A stretch of 64,000 bases of DNA from Candidatus Xenobia bacterium (GTDB lineage: Bacteria > Vulcanimicrobiota > Xenobia > Xenobiales > QWHO01), in the NCBI GenBank assembly GCA_045863235.1, contig BTUM01000006.1:104002-168001 (forward strand), written 5' to 3'. The translations under genes and the position numbers were made by a program. The notes under the pieces were generated by a model. It was not told the origin of the DNA. It saw only the letters and a program-made list of their open reading frames with translations, and ran no database searches. Shown one piece after another: positions 53,158 to 62,555 of this stretch. Position 1 is the stretch's first letter. Each line of letters starts with the position of its first letter.

Positions 53158-56100
53158 TCAACGGCTGACCTCGACCGGATAGGTGCCTCGGAATGCGGTC
53201 AGGGTCCCTCTCCAGGTCAGCCTTCCCTGAGCGTCGGATTTCAGAGTCTGGCTACCCAGACCGCCAACCGACACCCTGTAGGAGGCGTTCGGAGCCAGGT
53301 TGGCCAGCGTGAAGAAGGCCGGACCCGTCCCCTGGAACCGGAAAGAGACCCCCTGATTCGTCAGGCGCCATCCGTCGATATAATGACTCCCCTTGACCAA
53401 ATACGTTTTCGAAGGGGCCGGATCCTGCAAAAAAATTCTATGTTTTGAACCTTCCTCCAGGTGCACGTAGAGGCTGTTTCCCTCGACCACAAAGCCAATC
53501 ACGCCTTGAGAGCGGTTCAAGTCCACAGCTTGCTTGACCCCATCGAGTCGGATGGTCCGCAAGGGCCCCTGATTGTGAACCACCAGGGAGCCGTCCACGG
53601 CTCGACCGTAGCGCATGGTGATGAAGTCCTTCACGATGGGCACGTAGTCGGCCGCGAAGATGGGGGCGAAGTCCTGCTTGAGCACGTAGTCGAAGGCAGC
53701 TTTCAAGCCGTCGAGACCGGGTTGTTTCTCGGCCAGGTAGAAGTGGAAGTAAGCGTTCATCGGGCGCAGCCGATAGGGCTTCTCGGTCTTCTGGTAGTAG
53801 TCGACCAGCTCTTTCATGCCGTCGAAGTTCCTGGTCCAGGAGTGGGTGTAGTAGAAGTCGCCCGCAGCCGCGGTGTGATACTGGATGCGGCCTTCTCCGA
53901 CGTCGGAGTAGACCGGGTAGACCCCGGCGATGTAGGGCAGGTTGGAGTCGTAGATGGGGTTGCCCCCGTTCATGTTGGCGATACCCAGAGCATCGGTCAG
54001 AGCTACCGCCTCGGGAGTGGGATTGCAGAGGCCCGTCCAGAGCAACAGTCGGGTCGGCTTCTCACGGGGCGTGATCAGCTGGTTGGTGAAGTCGACCGCG
54101 GCCGTGATCTCGCCTGGAATGGAGGGAGGCTGGCGGGCCAGCTTCCTGTCGGGGGTGAGGAAGTTGTCGCCCTTGACCCAGTCGAAGGGGTGGGCTGTGG
54201 TGTGGCTGGCCGTATCCACGTTGGGCAATGATTGGATGCGGCGGGCGGCATCCAGGTCGCGAGCATAGTAAGGCTTGGCTCGCTTGAGCATGTCATCGGA
54301 GATGTAACTGACCGTGAAGGGCAGGCTGTACTTGGTGAAGATCTCCCGGTAGAGCATCTCCGAGTTGAGGGTCGAGCGGTCGATGTGGGACATACCGCCG
54401 GCCGCGTCGCCATCCACGTGGGCCCAGAACAGGCGGCTGCCGTTCAAGGTCGAGAGGTCGGGCTTGGGCAGTTCATCGGTCTGGAAAGCGGCGGCAAAGA
54501 AGATGAAGGGGTCGATCTGCCAGGTCGTGGCCTGCGACCGCTCGGCGGCCGCGTACTGAGAGGCATTGGCGTCGGGAGGAAGCGACTCCGAGCGAAGCGG
54601 CTGGGCGATCGGAGCATAGCAGGGGAAGTTGCCCATGGCCACGCCGCCGCGCGAGGAGACGGCCACCACGTCGCTTTCTCCGCGGGGGTCCTTGACCCGG
54701 AGATAGGTCTTGCCGGCCGGGTCTTCCAGCTTCAAAATGGGCCAGTCCAGCTTGCGCAGGTCCTCGTTGTTTTGAGTCAGGGAGCGCTCGTAGTTGCAGA
54801 CTTTCGGGTCCATGAAGGTGATCTCGCCGGTTCTGGCCGGGAGGCCCAGCTCGGAGTTCCCGGCTCGGACCGCCGACTGGGTGGCCGACGGGGTCAGCTT
54901 GAATCCCAGTGCGGCCAACGCCGGCCCCGGGTCGGCCTGGCCTTTCAGCGTGCTGTCCGCGGTCGAGCCGATGCCACCCATCAAGACGACCTTCCGTCCG
55001 GCCTGGATCTGGCGCAGCAGCCACTCGTTGTAGGCCTGGGCGTCGGGCAGAGAGCTGCCGCTCCACCAGGTCAGGATACCGCGGTAGGGCTCCATCTCGG
55101 CATCGCCCGGCAGGCCGTCCTCGATGGCCCGGTAGTCGACCACCAGGCCCAGGTAGTTCAAGACCGTCTCGCCCTGTTGATGGAGCGCGTTGACCACCGA
55201 GGTCTCCCGGTTCGAGCGCTGGTAGAAGCACAGCACGCGCCGCTTGAGCTCGGTCACCTCGGCTGGGAGGGGAGGCGGCTGGGGCAGGGCCGCCGGCGGC
55301 GCTGCCCCCACCTGGGTGGGGGTGACCGCCAGCGAGCGCTTCTCGGGAAGTTTCTGGGGCCGGTAGGTGAGCGTCTCCTCCAGGAATCTTTTCAGATCGA
55401 TGTGAAACTGGTTCTGCTTACCGTCGAAGCGCACGATGTAATTTTCGAGGGCCAGCCCGCCGTAGGGAGTGCGCACCACCACGGCGCTCTCGCCCTCGGG
55501 CAGGTCGGTGCGACCCAGCCGCAGGAACACCTTGTCCTCGGGACTGGCCGGACGGAACAGAAAGTAGTGATTCAGGTGGGCCTTCTCGAGCCACGGGACC
55601 ATGGCCGGATCGCGCCCCTGCTCGGTGATCTTGCTGGCGTCGTTGGTCCAGGTTCCCTTGAACTCCAGGCCAAACGGGTAGAAGAAGTTGTTGTACTCCT
55701 CGCTGAGGAGCCAGCGGTCGAGCCCATCGTTGAGCTGCTCCTGGAAGGCGCCGTAGTTGCCGAAGACGACCACCTTGCGGCCGGCCACGATCTGGTCGGT
55801 GAGCCAGTTCGCATAAGCAGCCGCGTTGCGCGTGGCCGGGCTGCGATACCAGGTGATGATGCCCACGTACTGCTTCATGTCCGCCTCGGAGGGCAGGCCG
55901 TCCTCGAGGTTGCGGTAATCCACCGTGTAGCCCAGCTCCTTGAGAGGAGCGGCCAGGAACAGCTTGATCTCGTTGTTGTCCGCGCTGGTTCCCTCCGAGC
56001 CCTTGAAGAGCCCGAGCAGGCGCCCGCCCGGGGTCAGCCGGTCGGAGACCGCCGCGGGAGCCAGGGCCGAGGACAGGAAGGCGCTCGCATCGACGCGCAG

Positions 56101-56763
56101 GGCGTTGTCTTTCCAGATGTAGGACTCGCCCGCCATGGCGCCGTGGGGGGTGCGCACCACCAGGTAGCTGTCCGAGTCGGGCATGTCCTTGCGGCGCACT
56201 ACCAGGTCGCCCTGGTTGCGCGCGTCGTGCGAGCGGAAGAGGAGGTAGTAGGTGGGCTTGACCGCGCCTTTGACGATCTTCTGGTTCTGGCTCACCACCT
56301 GCAGCTGCTCGGCCGCCCCGGTGTAAGCGGCCGCGTAGTTGAGCCCGAAGGGCATGAAGAACTCGTTGAGCTCTTCATTGGTGAGCCAGGTCTTCTCGTC
56401 GGTGGTGTGGGCCCCGAAGTTCCCCAGCACGATGACCTTGCGCCCGGCCATGACCTGATCGCGCAGCCAGCGCACGTATTCCTGAGGACGCGCGTACCTG
56501 GCCGTCTGGTGCCAGCTCAGCACGGCCGTGTATTTCTGCATCTCCTGCGCGGAGGGCAGCGACCTGTCCACGTCGTGGTAGGCAACGCCGTAGCCGAGCT
56601 TCTTGAGGACAGCCTCCAGGTGGGCCTTGACCGGCGTGGCGGCAGCAGTCTTGAACTCGCTCCCCTTGTAGACCACCAGCACGGAGCCTTTGTCGGCCGC
56701 CCGGGCCAGCGGGGCCAGGAAAGCCAACAAGAGCAGGAGCAGAAACCATTGACGAGCTGTCAT
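53158..56763 (-). CDS. PelA-like deacetylase lacking the N-terminal hydrolase, with three tandem alpha/beta modules
   Basis: PKPDLSTLNG.RL..AHVDGD, SHT..HPFDW, LWTG.C.P, NMNGG, RLRP...YFHFY. Signal peptide from ATG 56763. Confidence 0.85.
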   Translation of the reverse strand: MTARQWFLLLLLLAFLAPLARAADKGSVLVVYKGSEFKTAAATPVKAHLEAVLKKLGYGVAYHDVDRSLPSAQEMQKYTAVLSWHQTARYARPQEYVRWLRDQVMAGRKVIVLGNFGAHTTDEKTWLTNEELNEFFMPFGLNYAAAYTGAAEQLQVVSQNQKIVKGAVKPTYYLLFRSHDARNQGDLVVRRKDMPDSDSYLVVRTPHGAMAGESYIWKDNALRVDASAFLSSALAPAAVSDRLTPGGRLLGLFKGSEGTSADNNEIKLFLAAPLKELGYTVDYRNLEDGLPSEADMKQYVGIITWYRSPATRNAAAYANWLTDQIVAGRKVVVFGNYGAFQEQLNDGLDRWLLSEEYNNFFYPFGLEFKGTWTNDASKITEQGRDPAMVPWLEKAHLNHYFLFRPASPEDKVFLRLGRTDLPEGESAVVVRTPYGGLALENYIVRFDGKQNQFHIDLKRFLEETLTYRPQKLPEKRSLAVTPTQVGAAPPAALPQPPPLPAEVTELKRRVLCFYQRSNRETSVVNALHQQGETVLNYLGLVVDYRAIEDGLPGDAEMEPYRGILTWWSGSSLPDAQAYNEWLLRQIQAGRKVVLMGGIGSTADSTLKGQADPGPALAALGFKLTPSATQSAVRAGNSELGLPARTGEITFMDPKVCNYERSLTQNNEDLRKLDWPILKLEDPAGKTYLRVKDPRGESDVVAVSSRGGVAMGNFPCYAPIAQPLRSESLPPDANASQYAAAERSQATTWQIDPFIFFAAAFQTDELPKPDLSTLNGSRLFWAHVDGDAAGGMSHIDRSTLNSEMLYREIFTKYSLPFTVSYISDDMLKRAKPYYARDLDAARRIQSLPNVDTASHTTAHPFDWVKGDNFLTPDRKLARQPPSIPGEITAAVDFTNQLITPREKPTRLLLWTGLCNPTPEAVALTDALGIANMNGGNPIYDSNLPYIAGVYPVYSDVGEGRIQYHTAAAGDFYYTHSWTRNFDGMKELVDYYQKTEKPYRLRPMNAYFHFYLAEKQPGLDGLKAAFDYVLKQDFAPIFAADYVPIVKDFITMRYGRAVDGSLVVHNQGPLRTIRLDGVKQAVDLNRSQGVIGFVVEGNSLYVHLEEGSKHRIFLQDPAPSKTYLVKGSHYIDGWRLTNQGVSFRFQGTGPAFFTLANLAPNASYRVSVGGLGSQTLKSDAQGRLTWRGTLTAFRGTYPVEVSR

Positions 56764-56827
56764 CACAAAGCGCACCATCCGAAGAGTATCAGCAGGAAAC
56801 CGGCCGTGCATTCTGTAGTGTCCCGCC

Positions 56828-58690
56828 GTGAACCTTCCCCGAACCTTCGCAATCCTGATCCTCGCGCTGCTCTGGCAGGCTCCCGCCCAGGCGCGCCCGC
56901 CCGGGCGCGAGCCCTGGGCTCCCCGAACCTACGCCGTCTACTACGGTCAGTGGAACGAGGCCCTGGTCGAGCAGGCGCTGGGCTTTGAGCTGGTGATCTT
57001 GCAGCCCTCCGGGGTGAGCCGCGAGCTGACCCGGAAGCTACGCTCCGGCCGCGACGGGCAAAGCGGCAACGCCGACGACGTGAAGGTGCTGGCCTACATC
57101 TCGCTGGGCGAGGACGAGACTCCGCCTCGCGGGCTCGCTCCCACCGCGGCGAGCGGGCCGGTGCACCGCCAGCCCGGGGGCACCCTGGCCCCGGGCAACA
57201 ACGACTTCCCCACCGCCTACCTCGACGAGGTCAAGCTGTTGCGCGACCAGGACGGCTTTTTCAAGCTGTCGACCGACGGCGCCGTGGCCTCGACCGCCGG
57301 CCAGGACGGCCTGCCCGACGAGAACGGGGTATGGGGCAGCTTTTACACCGCCTCGGGCGACCCGGGCTGGCACGAGACCGTGCGCCAGCGCACGCTGGAC
57401 ATTCAGAGCAAGCTGGAAGTGGACGGCTTCTTTCTCGACACCCTGGACACCGCCTCGCGCTGGGGCGCTTACCCCTGGATGGAAAAGGATATGGTGGAGC
57501 TGGTAGCGGCCATGCGCGGCTGGCATCCCGGGGCCATCCTGGTGGCCAACCGGGGGCTCTCGCTTTTTTACGACCACGCCGAGGCGATGCGCAAAAACCT
57601 CGACGGAGTGATGTATGAGAGCTTTCTGACCGACTGGGATTGGCAGCGCAAGCAGGCCATCACCCACCCCTTCCTGGACTCGCAACTGGAGATCCTGCGC
57701 GATCTGCTGCTGCCCCAGGCCACCCGACCGGATGGCTTCTTCTTGCTCTTCCTCAACTATCGAGACCCGGCCCAGAGCGACTTTCCAAGCTTCCTGCAGC
57801 GCGAGCAAGAGCTGCTCGCGGGCATTCCCCACGCCACCTCCTGGACAACCCCCGATCTGCAGCGCCTCGAGCCCCTGGCCCCACCTCCCTCCAAGATCGA
57901 GCTACACGTATTGGAGCTCGGCCGGGCCGAGAGCACGGAGGCCGGCACTGTCCAGGTGACTTTGAAAGTCGGACTCCCCCTCGATGCCGTTGTGGAGATC
58001 GTTTCTGGCCCCCAACCGGGCCCGCTGTCGCCCCGGTTGCACTTTGCCCGCACCGGGAAAACGGCCCTGGAGGTCTGGGGCGTGCGCCAGCGGCAGCTCT
58101 GGGTTCGCGTGCTGGGTGGCTCCTGCGCCGGACCCTTCCAACCCGTCGTGGTGACCGGGCCCCTCCTGCCGGCGGTGGCCGACCTTCAGGTCCAGGGCCT
58201 GGAGCAGAAGGTGCGCTTGAGCTGGAAGGCCCTGCCCAGGGCCACCTACGATGTCTACTCTGGAGAGTCGGCCGACCGACTGAAACGGGTGGCCAGAGTC
58301 AGCCAGGGCGAGGCCATCGTGACGGGTCTTGCCAACGACCAGAGCCGGGCTTTCGCGGTGGCCCAGATCCGAAACGGCAGGAAAGTCGCGCTCTCGGACA
58401 TTGTGTTCGGGGCGGCTCGAGACCGGACTCCACCGCCGCCGCCAGCCCGGGTCGAGGTGGAGGGCCAGCGGGTGGTCTGGCAGGCCAGTCCGGCCCCCGA
58501 CCTGGCCGGCTACCGGGTCTATGTCTGGCCGGTCGGGAAGGGCCCCCGGCTGCCTCTGCTGGCGGACGCCGACCAGACCGAAGTCAGGGTCGAGCACGTT
58601 CAGAGCGCTCAGAGCTACGACATCTGGGTGACGGCTCGGGACGAGAGCGGCAATGAGAGCCGGCCCGCCAGGGCCCGCATGGGCCCCTGA
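56828..58690 (+). CDS. Endo-alpha-1,4-polygalactosaminidase-like hydrolase (GH114/GH166) with Fn3-like domains
   Basis: Signal peptide, YAVYYG, AYISLGE, DGFFLDTLD, ANRG, MYES. C-terminal DRTPP..W....DLAGYRVY..VTARDESGNES. Confidence 0.82.
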   Translation: MNLPRTFAILILALLWQAPAQARPPGREPWAPRTYAVYYGQWNEALVEQALGFELVILQPSGVSRELTRKLRSGRDGQSGNADDVKVLAYISLGEDETPPRGLAPTAASGPVHRQPGGTLAPGNNDFPTAYLDEVKLLRDQDGFFKLSTDGAVASTAGQDGLPDENGVWGSFYTASGDPGWHETVRQRTLDIQSKLEVDGFFLDTLDTASRWGAYPWMEKDMVELVAAMRGWHPGAILVANRGLSLFYDHAEAMRKNLDGVMYESFLTDWDWQRKQAITHPFLDSQLEILRDLLLPQATRPDGFFLLFLNYRDPAQSDFPSFLQREQELLAGIPHATSWTTPDLQRLEPLAPPPSKIELHVLELGRAESTEAGTVQVTLKVGLPLDAVVEIVSGPQPGPLSPRLHFARTGKTALEVWGVRQRQLWVRVLGGSCAGPFQPVVVTGPLLPAVADLQVQGLEQKVRLSWKALPRATYDVYSGESADRLKRVARVSQGEAIVTGLANDQSRAFAVAQIRNGRKVALSDIVFGAARDRTPPPPPARVEVEGQRVVWQASPAPDLAGYRVYVWPVGKGPRLPLLADADQTEVRVEHVQSAQSYDIWVTARDESGNESRPARARMGP

Positions 58691-58691
58691 C

Positions 58692-59945
58692 TCAGGCCGG
58701 AACCTTCGAGCGGGCCGTCGCCGGCGGCAAGAAGACGGTGAACGTCGTTCCCCGGCCCAGCTCGCTCTCGAAGGTGATCGAGCCGTCGTGCTGGCGCACG
58801 ATCCCGGCGCACACCGCCAGGCCCAGGCCCAACCCCAGTCCCTTCGTGGTAAAGAATGGATCGAAGACCCGGTCCTGAATCTCGGCCGCGATGCCCCGGC
58901 CGGTGTCGCTGATCCGAAGGCGCAGGCAGGGGCCCGGAGTGAACGGACAGACCCCCGAGGTCAGGTCGAGCGCGATGCGAATCTGGCCCGGACCCTTGAG
59001 CGCGTCGCGGGCGTTCAGGACCAGGTTGGTCACCACCTGCTCGAGCAGGTCGCTGTCCCCGACCACCGGCGGCAAGGACGGCGCGGCCTCTACCACCAGC
59101 TCGACCCCCTCCGGCAGCTGGGCCCGTAACCCGGGCTCGAGCCGGGTCAGCCGTTCGCCCAGGTCGACCTGGGTGGGCCGCAGGGTCTGTTGCCGCGCGA
59201 TCGCCACCAGGGGCCGGGTCAGGCTCTCGGCCTGCCGGGCGGCGTGGGTCAGGAGCTCGAGGTCGCGCTGTTGCTCCGGAGTGAGCCCGCTCTCGGCCAT
59301 GAGCTCGGCGCACCCAACGATGGCGGCGAGCAATCCTTTCAGGTCGTGCAGTACGCCCGCCGCCAGCATTCCCACCGTGTCCATCTTCTGCATCAAGAAG
59401 AGCTGGCGCTGATAGCGCCGGGTGATGGCCCGCTCTTCCTCCAGGCGCACGCGAGCCACGGCGCCAGCGAGCTGCCCGGCGACGTGCATCAGGTAGTCGA
59501 GCTCCTCGGGGGTGGGAGCGCGCACGCCCTCGTCGGCGAAGGTGCTCACCCCGAAGGCGCCCAGGACGTAATCGGGCAGGATCAGCGGCAGGTTGATCAG
59601 AGTGCGGCACTCGAGCTCGGCTACCAGGCTCTTGTTGGTGCGGGGATCGGTGCGGCCATCCACGACCACCACCGGGCCCTGGGCGCGGAAGATCTCCTCG
59701 AGCAGGGCGTCCCCGGCGACCTCCAGGACGGGGGCCTTTTGCCAGGCCTCCTCGCCTCGAGTTCCGGCATAGTCGAGCAAGCGCACGCGGCGGAGGTCGG
59801 GGGAATCGGCCACGTAGATGAAGGCATGGCGATACCCGGTCGAGCGCTCGACTTCGTCGCGGACCTCCTGCAAAAGCTCGCCGAAAGTCGAGGCTCGCTG
59901 CAGGCGACGAGCGAACTCGAGCAAACTTGCGTAATCTGGCAGCAT
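58692..59945 (-). CDS. GAF-containing cytoplasmic sensor histidine kinase
   Basis: GAF N-terminus, LAAGVLHDL (H box), NLVLNARDA (N), DTGRGI (G1), FDPFFTTK (F), GLGLGL (G2). Start placed at ATG 59945. Confidence 0.9.
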   Translation of the reverse strand: MLPDYASLLEFARRLQRASTFGELLQEVRDEVERSTGYRHAFIYVADSPDLRRVRLLDYAGTRGEEAWQKAPVLEVAGDALLEEIFRAQGPVVVVDGRTDPRTNKSLVAELECRTLINLPLILPDYVLGAFGVSTFADEGVRAPTPEELDYLMHVAGQLAGAVARVRLEEERAITRRYQRQLFLMQKMDTVGMLAAGVLHDLKGLLAAIVGCAELMAESGLTPEQQRDLELLTHAARQAESLTRPLVAIARQQTLRPTQVDLGERLTRLEPGLRAQLPEGVELVVEAAPSLPPVVGDSDLLEQVVTNLVLNARDALKGPGQIRIALDLTSGVCPFTPGPCLRLRISDTGRGIAAEIQDRVFDPFFTTKGLGLGLGLAVCAGIVRQHDGSITFESELGRGTTFTVFLPPATARSKVPA

Positions 59946-60003
59946 CGGAACCGGGCTCTCCTTCGGCAGGCGTGCTCGGTGATCCCTCGAACCCCCCCCG
60001 CCC

Positions 60004-61449
60004 ATGGCCGATCCACCCCGTGCCAAGCTCAAGTTCGATACCTCCACCGACCGAGACAGCCCGCTGCCCTCGCGCTACCAGATCCGGGGCGAGCTCGGAC
60101 GCGGTGGCATGGGCATCGTCTATCATGCTTTCGACCGCGAGACCTCCAGCGAGGTGGCCGTCAAGGTCATCTCCGAAGGGGGCTCCAACCAGTCGCTGGC
60201 CGAGCGACTGCGCCGCGAGGCGCGCGAGTTGTCCCACCTGAGCCACCCTAACGTGGTGGGCTACCTGGGCCAGGGCATCCGGGGCGGGCGCCAGTACATC
60301 GTGCTCGAGTATGTGGCCGGGGGCGACCTTCGCAAGCTGCTCAAGACGCGCCCCCCGCTGGGAACGGTGCTGCGCCTGTTTCACGGCGTGGCTCTGGGGC
60401 TCGACTACCTGCACCAGCAAGGCCTGGTGCACCGCGACCTCAAGCCCGAGAACGTCCTGATCGCCTCCGACGGCACCGCCCGGCTCACCGACCTCGGGCT
60501 GGTCAAAGCGCTCGAGTCCACCACGCAGCTGACCACCGAGGGCGCCATCGTGGGCACCTATTCCTACCTGGCCCCCGAGCAGATCGTCTCGGGCGAGCTC
60601 AGCCACGCTTCCGACCTCTACGCGCTGGGCGCTTGCCTCTACGAGGCCTGCACCGGTCAGCCCATGTTCGTGGCCAATACCGACTTTGAGATGCTCGAGC
60701 AGCACCTGCGCAGCGATCCCATCCCTCCACGCCAGCACCAGGCCGACCTGCCCGAAGAGCTCGAGGAGCTGATCCTGGCCCTGGTCGCCAAGCAACCCGA
60801 GGGACGTCCCCCCGCCGCCGAGGTGGCCCGACGCCTGAGCGAGCTGCTCGGCCGCCACTCGGTGGAGGAGGTGCTGGCGGCTCCGGTGGCCTTCTCCGAG
60901 CCCGAGCCGCAAGGGTGGATTCCCGAGTGGCGCAAAGCCCTGGCCCGCAAGCTGAAGGCGCCCGAGCCGGTGCGCCGGGTCGATCCCCTGGCGGCGGACT
61001 GGGAGGAAGGCCAGAGCGGTTTTCCTCCGGCCCTGCTGGTGGGCAACCTGCGCGAGCTGGGACGCGGCCTGGAGGCCCTGGAAGGCGGCAGCGAGTTCGA
61101 GCTGCCCGCCCCTTCCGACCGCCTGCGGGTGGCCCTGGATCGGGCCCTGGCCGGCGAGTCGCGCCCCGATCAGCGTGAAGAGCTGGAGAACCTGGGCCAC
61201 GAGCTGCAGGTGTGGTGCCGTCAGCGCGACGAGATCCTCCAGGAGGCGCGCCGGGCGGCTCAAGACCTGGTGGAGCTGCGCCGGGCCCTGAGCGCGCGAG
61301 GTCAGTTGCTGAAGGCCCAGATCGAGGCCGGCCTGGAGGCGCTGCGCCAGCGTCCCTGCGACACACCGGGAGCGGCCCGGGTGGCCGGCGCCTGGATCGC
61401 GCGGCTGGACGAGGCCTGGGCCGGCATGATGCGCCAGGTGGGCTCATGA
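60004..61449 (+). CDS. Hanks-type Ser/Thr protein kinase with helical C-terminal region
   Basis: LGRGGMGIVY, VAVK, HRDLKPEN, DLG, YLAPEQ, SDLYALG. Confidence 0.93.
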   Translation: MADPPRAKLKFDTSTDRDSPLPSRYQIRGELGRGGMGIVYHAFDRETSSEVAVKVISEGGSNQSLAERLRREARELSHLSHPNVVGYLGQGIRGGRQYIVLEYVAGGDLRKLLKTRPPLGTVLRLFHGVALGLDYLHQQGLVHRDLKPENVLIASDGTARLTDLGLVKALESTTQLTTEGAIVGTYSYLAPEQIVSGELSHASDLYALGACLYEACTGQPMFVANTDFEMLEQHLRSDPIPPRQHQADLPEELEELILALVAKQPEGRPPAAEVARRLSELLGRHSVEEVLAAPVAFSEPEPQGWIPEWRKALARKLKAPEPVRRVDPLAADWEEGQSGFPPALLVGNLRELGRGLEALEGGSEFELPAPSDRLRVALDRALAGESRPDQREELENLGHELQVWCRQRDEILQEARRAAQDLVELRRALSARGQLLKAQIEAGLEALRQRPCDTPGAARVAGAWIARLDEAWAGMMRQVGS

Positions 61450-62555
61450 TCTGGTTGGCCGCCACGACCTCCAGCGACCCGGCTCTGGGGATCCTGGCCT
61501 CGCTCCTGGCCATGACGGTGCTCTGGTATCACCGCAGCCGCTACGTGCCCTTCTGGCTGCCAGCCGAGGAGTGGCACGCCCTGGAGCGGCCCGAGGTGGA
61601 CCCCTCCACCCGGCTGACCCTGGTCGCGCCCGCCCTCGAGCCCACCCGGGTCGAGCCTGCCCCGCAGCCTCCCGAGCCCGAGCTGCTTGCGGCCCAGGAG
61701 CTGCACAGCCAGCTCCTGGAGATGCAGGGCCAGTTCGAGGCCGCCATGCACGAGTTCACCGCCGCCGCCGAGACCGAATGGCACACGCTCGAGCGCCAGT
61801 TGATCGAGCTTCACTCGCGCTATCAGGTCGTGCGAGGCCAGCTGGTGGACGTGGCCGGCGAGCTGCCCTCGCCTGCTTGCGAGCCGCCTGTCCCGGCCCG
61901 ACGGCCTCCCGAGCCCACCCAGGCCCCCGAGGAGCCGCCCCTGGAGTTGAGCGGCTCGCTCTGGAGCGAGCCCGACGCCGAGGGACTTCGCTCGCGCTCG
62001 AGCGCTGACGACCCGCCTTACTTCGAATACCTGGGAGCTCCGCCCCGGCCCGACGAGCCGGGCTCGGCCGATAATCCGCGGCCCTACTACCGCGAGCGCC
62101 GTCCCGCCGGATTCGTGGAGATCGCCCGCGGGGTGGTGGCCGGCAAGCGCCTGCTGGTCACCGACTGTGCCCGCTGGGTGGAGGGAGGGCTGACCGCCCT
62201 GAGCCAGGGGGAGCCTGTGGCCATGGAGCCGGGAGGGCAGCTCTACGGCGCTGCTCCGGCCGAGCTGGCGGCCCTGGAGACGGCGCTCTGGTGCTTGCCC
62301 TCCGAGCTGCGCTCCCGGGTCGAGGTGGTGCTGCTGGCCGACGATCTGGGCGGCCGCACTGACTGGCAGGGGCGCTATCGGGCCGATGGCGAGGGCGGGC
62401 TGGTCGCGCACGCGGCCCTGGTGGAGCCAGGACGCATCGCTCTGCGCGCCGACCTTTTGAGCCAGCCCCGCAAGCTGGGGCGGGTCCTGCAGGCGGCTCT
62501 GGGCGAACGTGCTGACGGAGTGGCGCCCGATGGCTACGGGTGGATCGAGCTGTGA
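61446..62555 (+). CDS. Hypothetical protein with N-terminal TM and coiled coil
   Basis: ATGA overlap with the kinase, hydrophobic N-terminus, Pro-rich linkers. Confidence 0.6.
   Translation: MIWLAATTSSDPALGILASLLAMTVLWYHRSRYVPFWLPAEEWHALERPEVDPSTRLTLVAPALEPTRVEPAPQPPEPELLAAQELHSQLLEMQGQFEAAMHEFTAAAETEWHTLERQLIELHSRYQVVRGQLVDVAGELPSPACEPPVPARRPPEPTQAPEEPPLELSGSLWSEPDAEGLRSRSSADDPPYFEYLGAPPRPDEPGSADNPRPYYRERRPAGFVEIARGVVAGKRLLVTDCARWVEGGLTALSQGEPVAMEPGGQLYGAAPAELAALETALWCLPSELRSRVEVVLLADDLGGRTDWQGRYRADGEGGLVAHAALVEPGRIALRADLLSQPRKLGRVLQAALGERADGVAPDGYGWIEL

Noticed and set aside
54232..56988. 918-aa plus-strand ORF
   Set aside because: Antisense shadow of the PelA-like gene, typical of high-GC DNA, with no motifs.
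58615..61263. 882-aa minus-strand ORF
   Set aside because: Shadow of the Ser/Thr kinase and off-frame to the histidine kinase, Arg/Pro/Gly-rich without domains.
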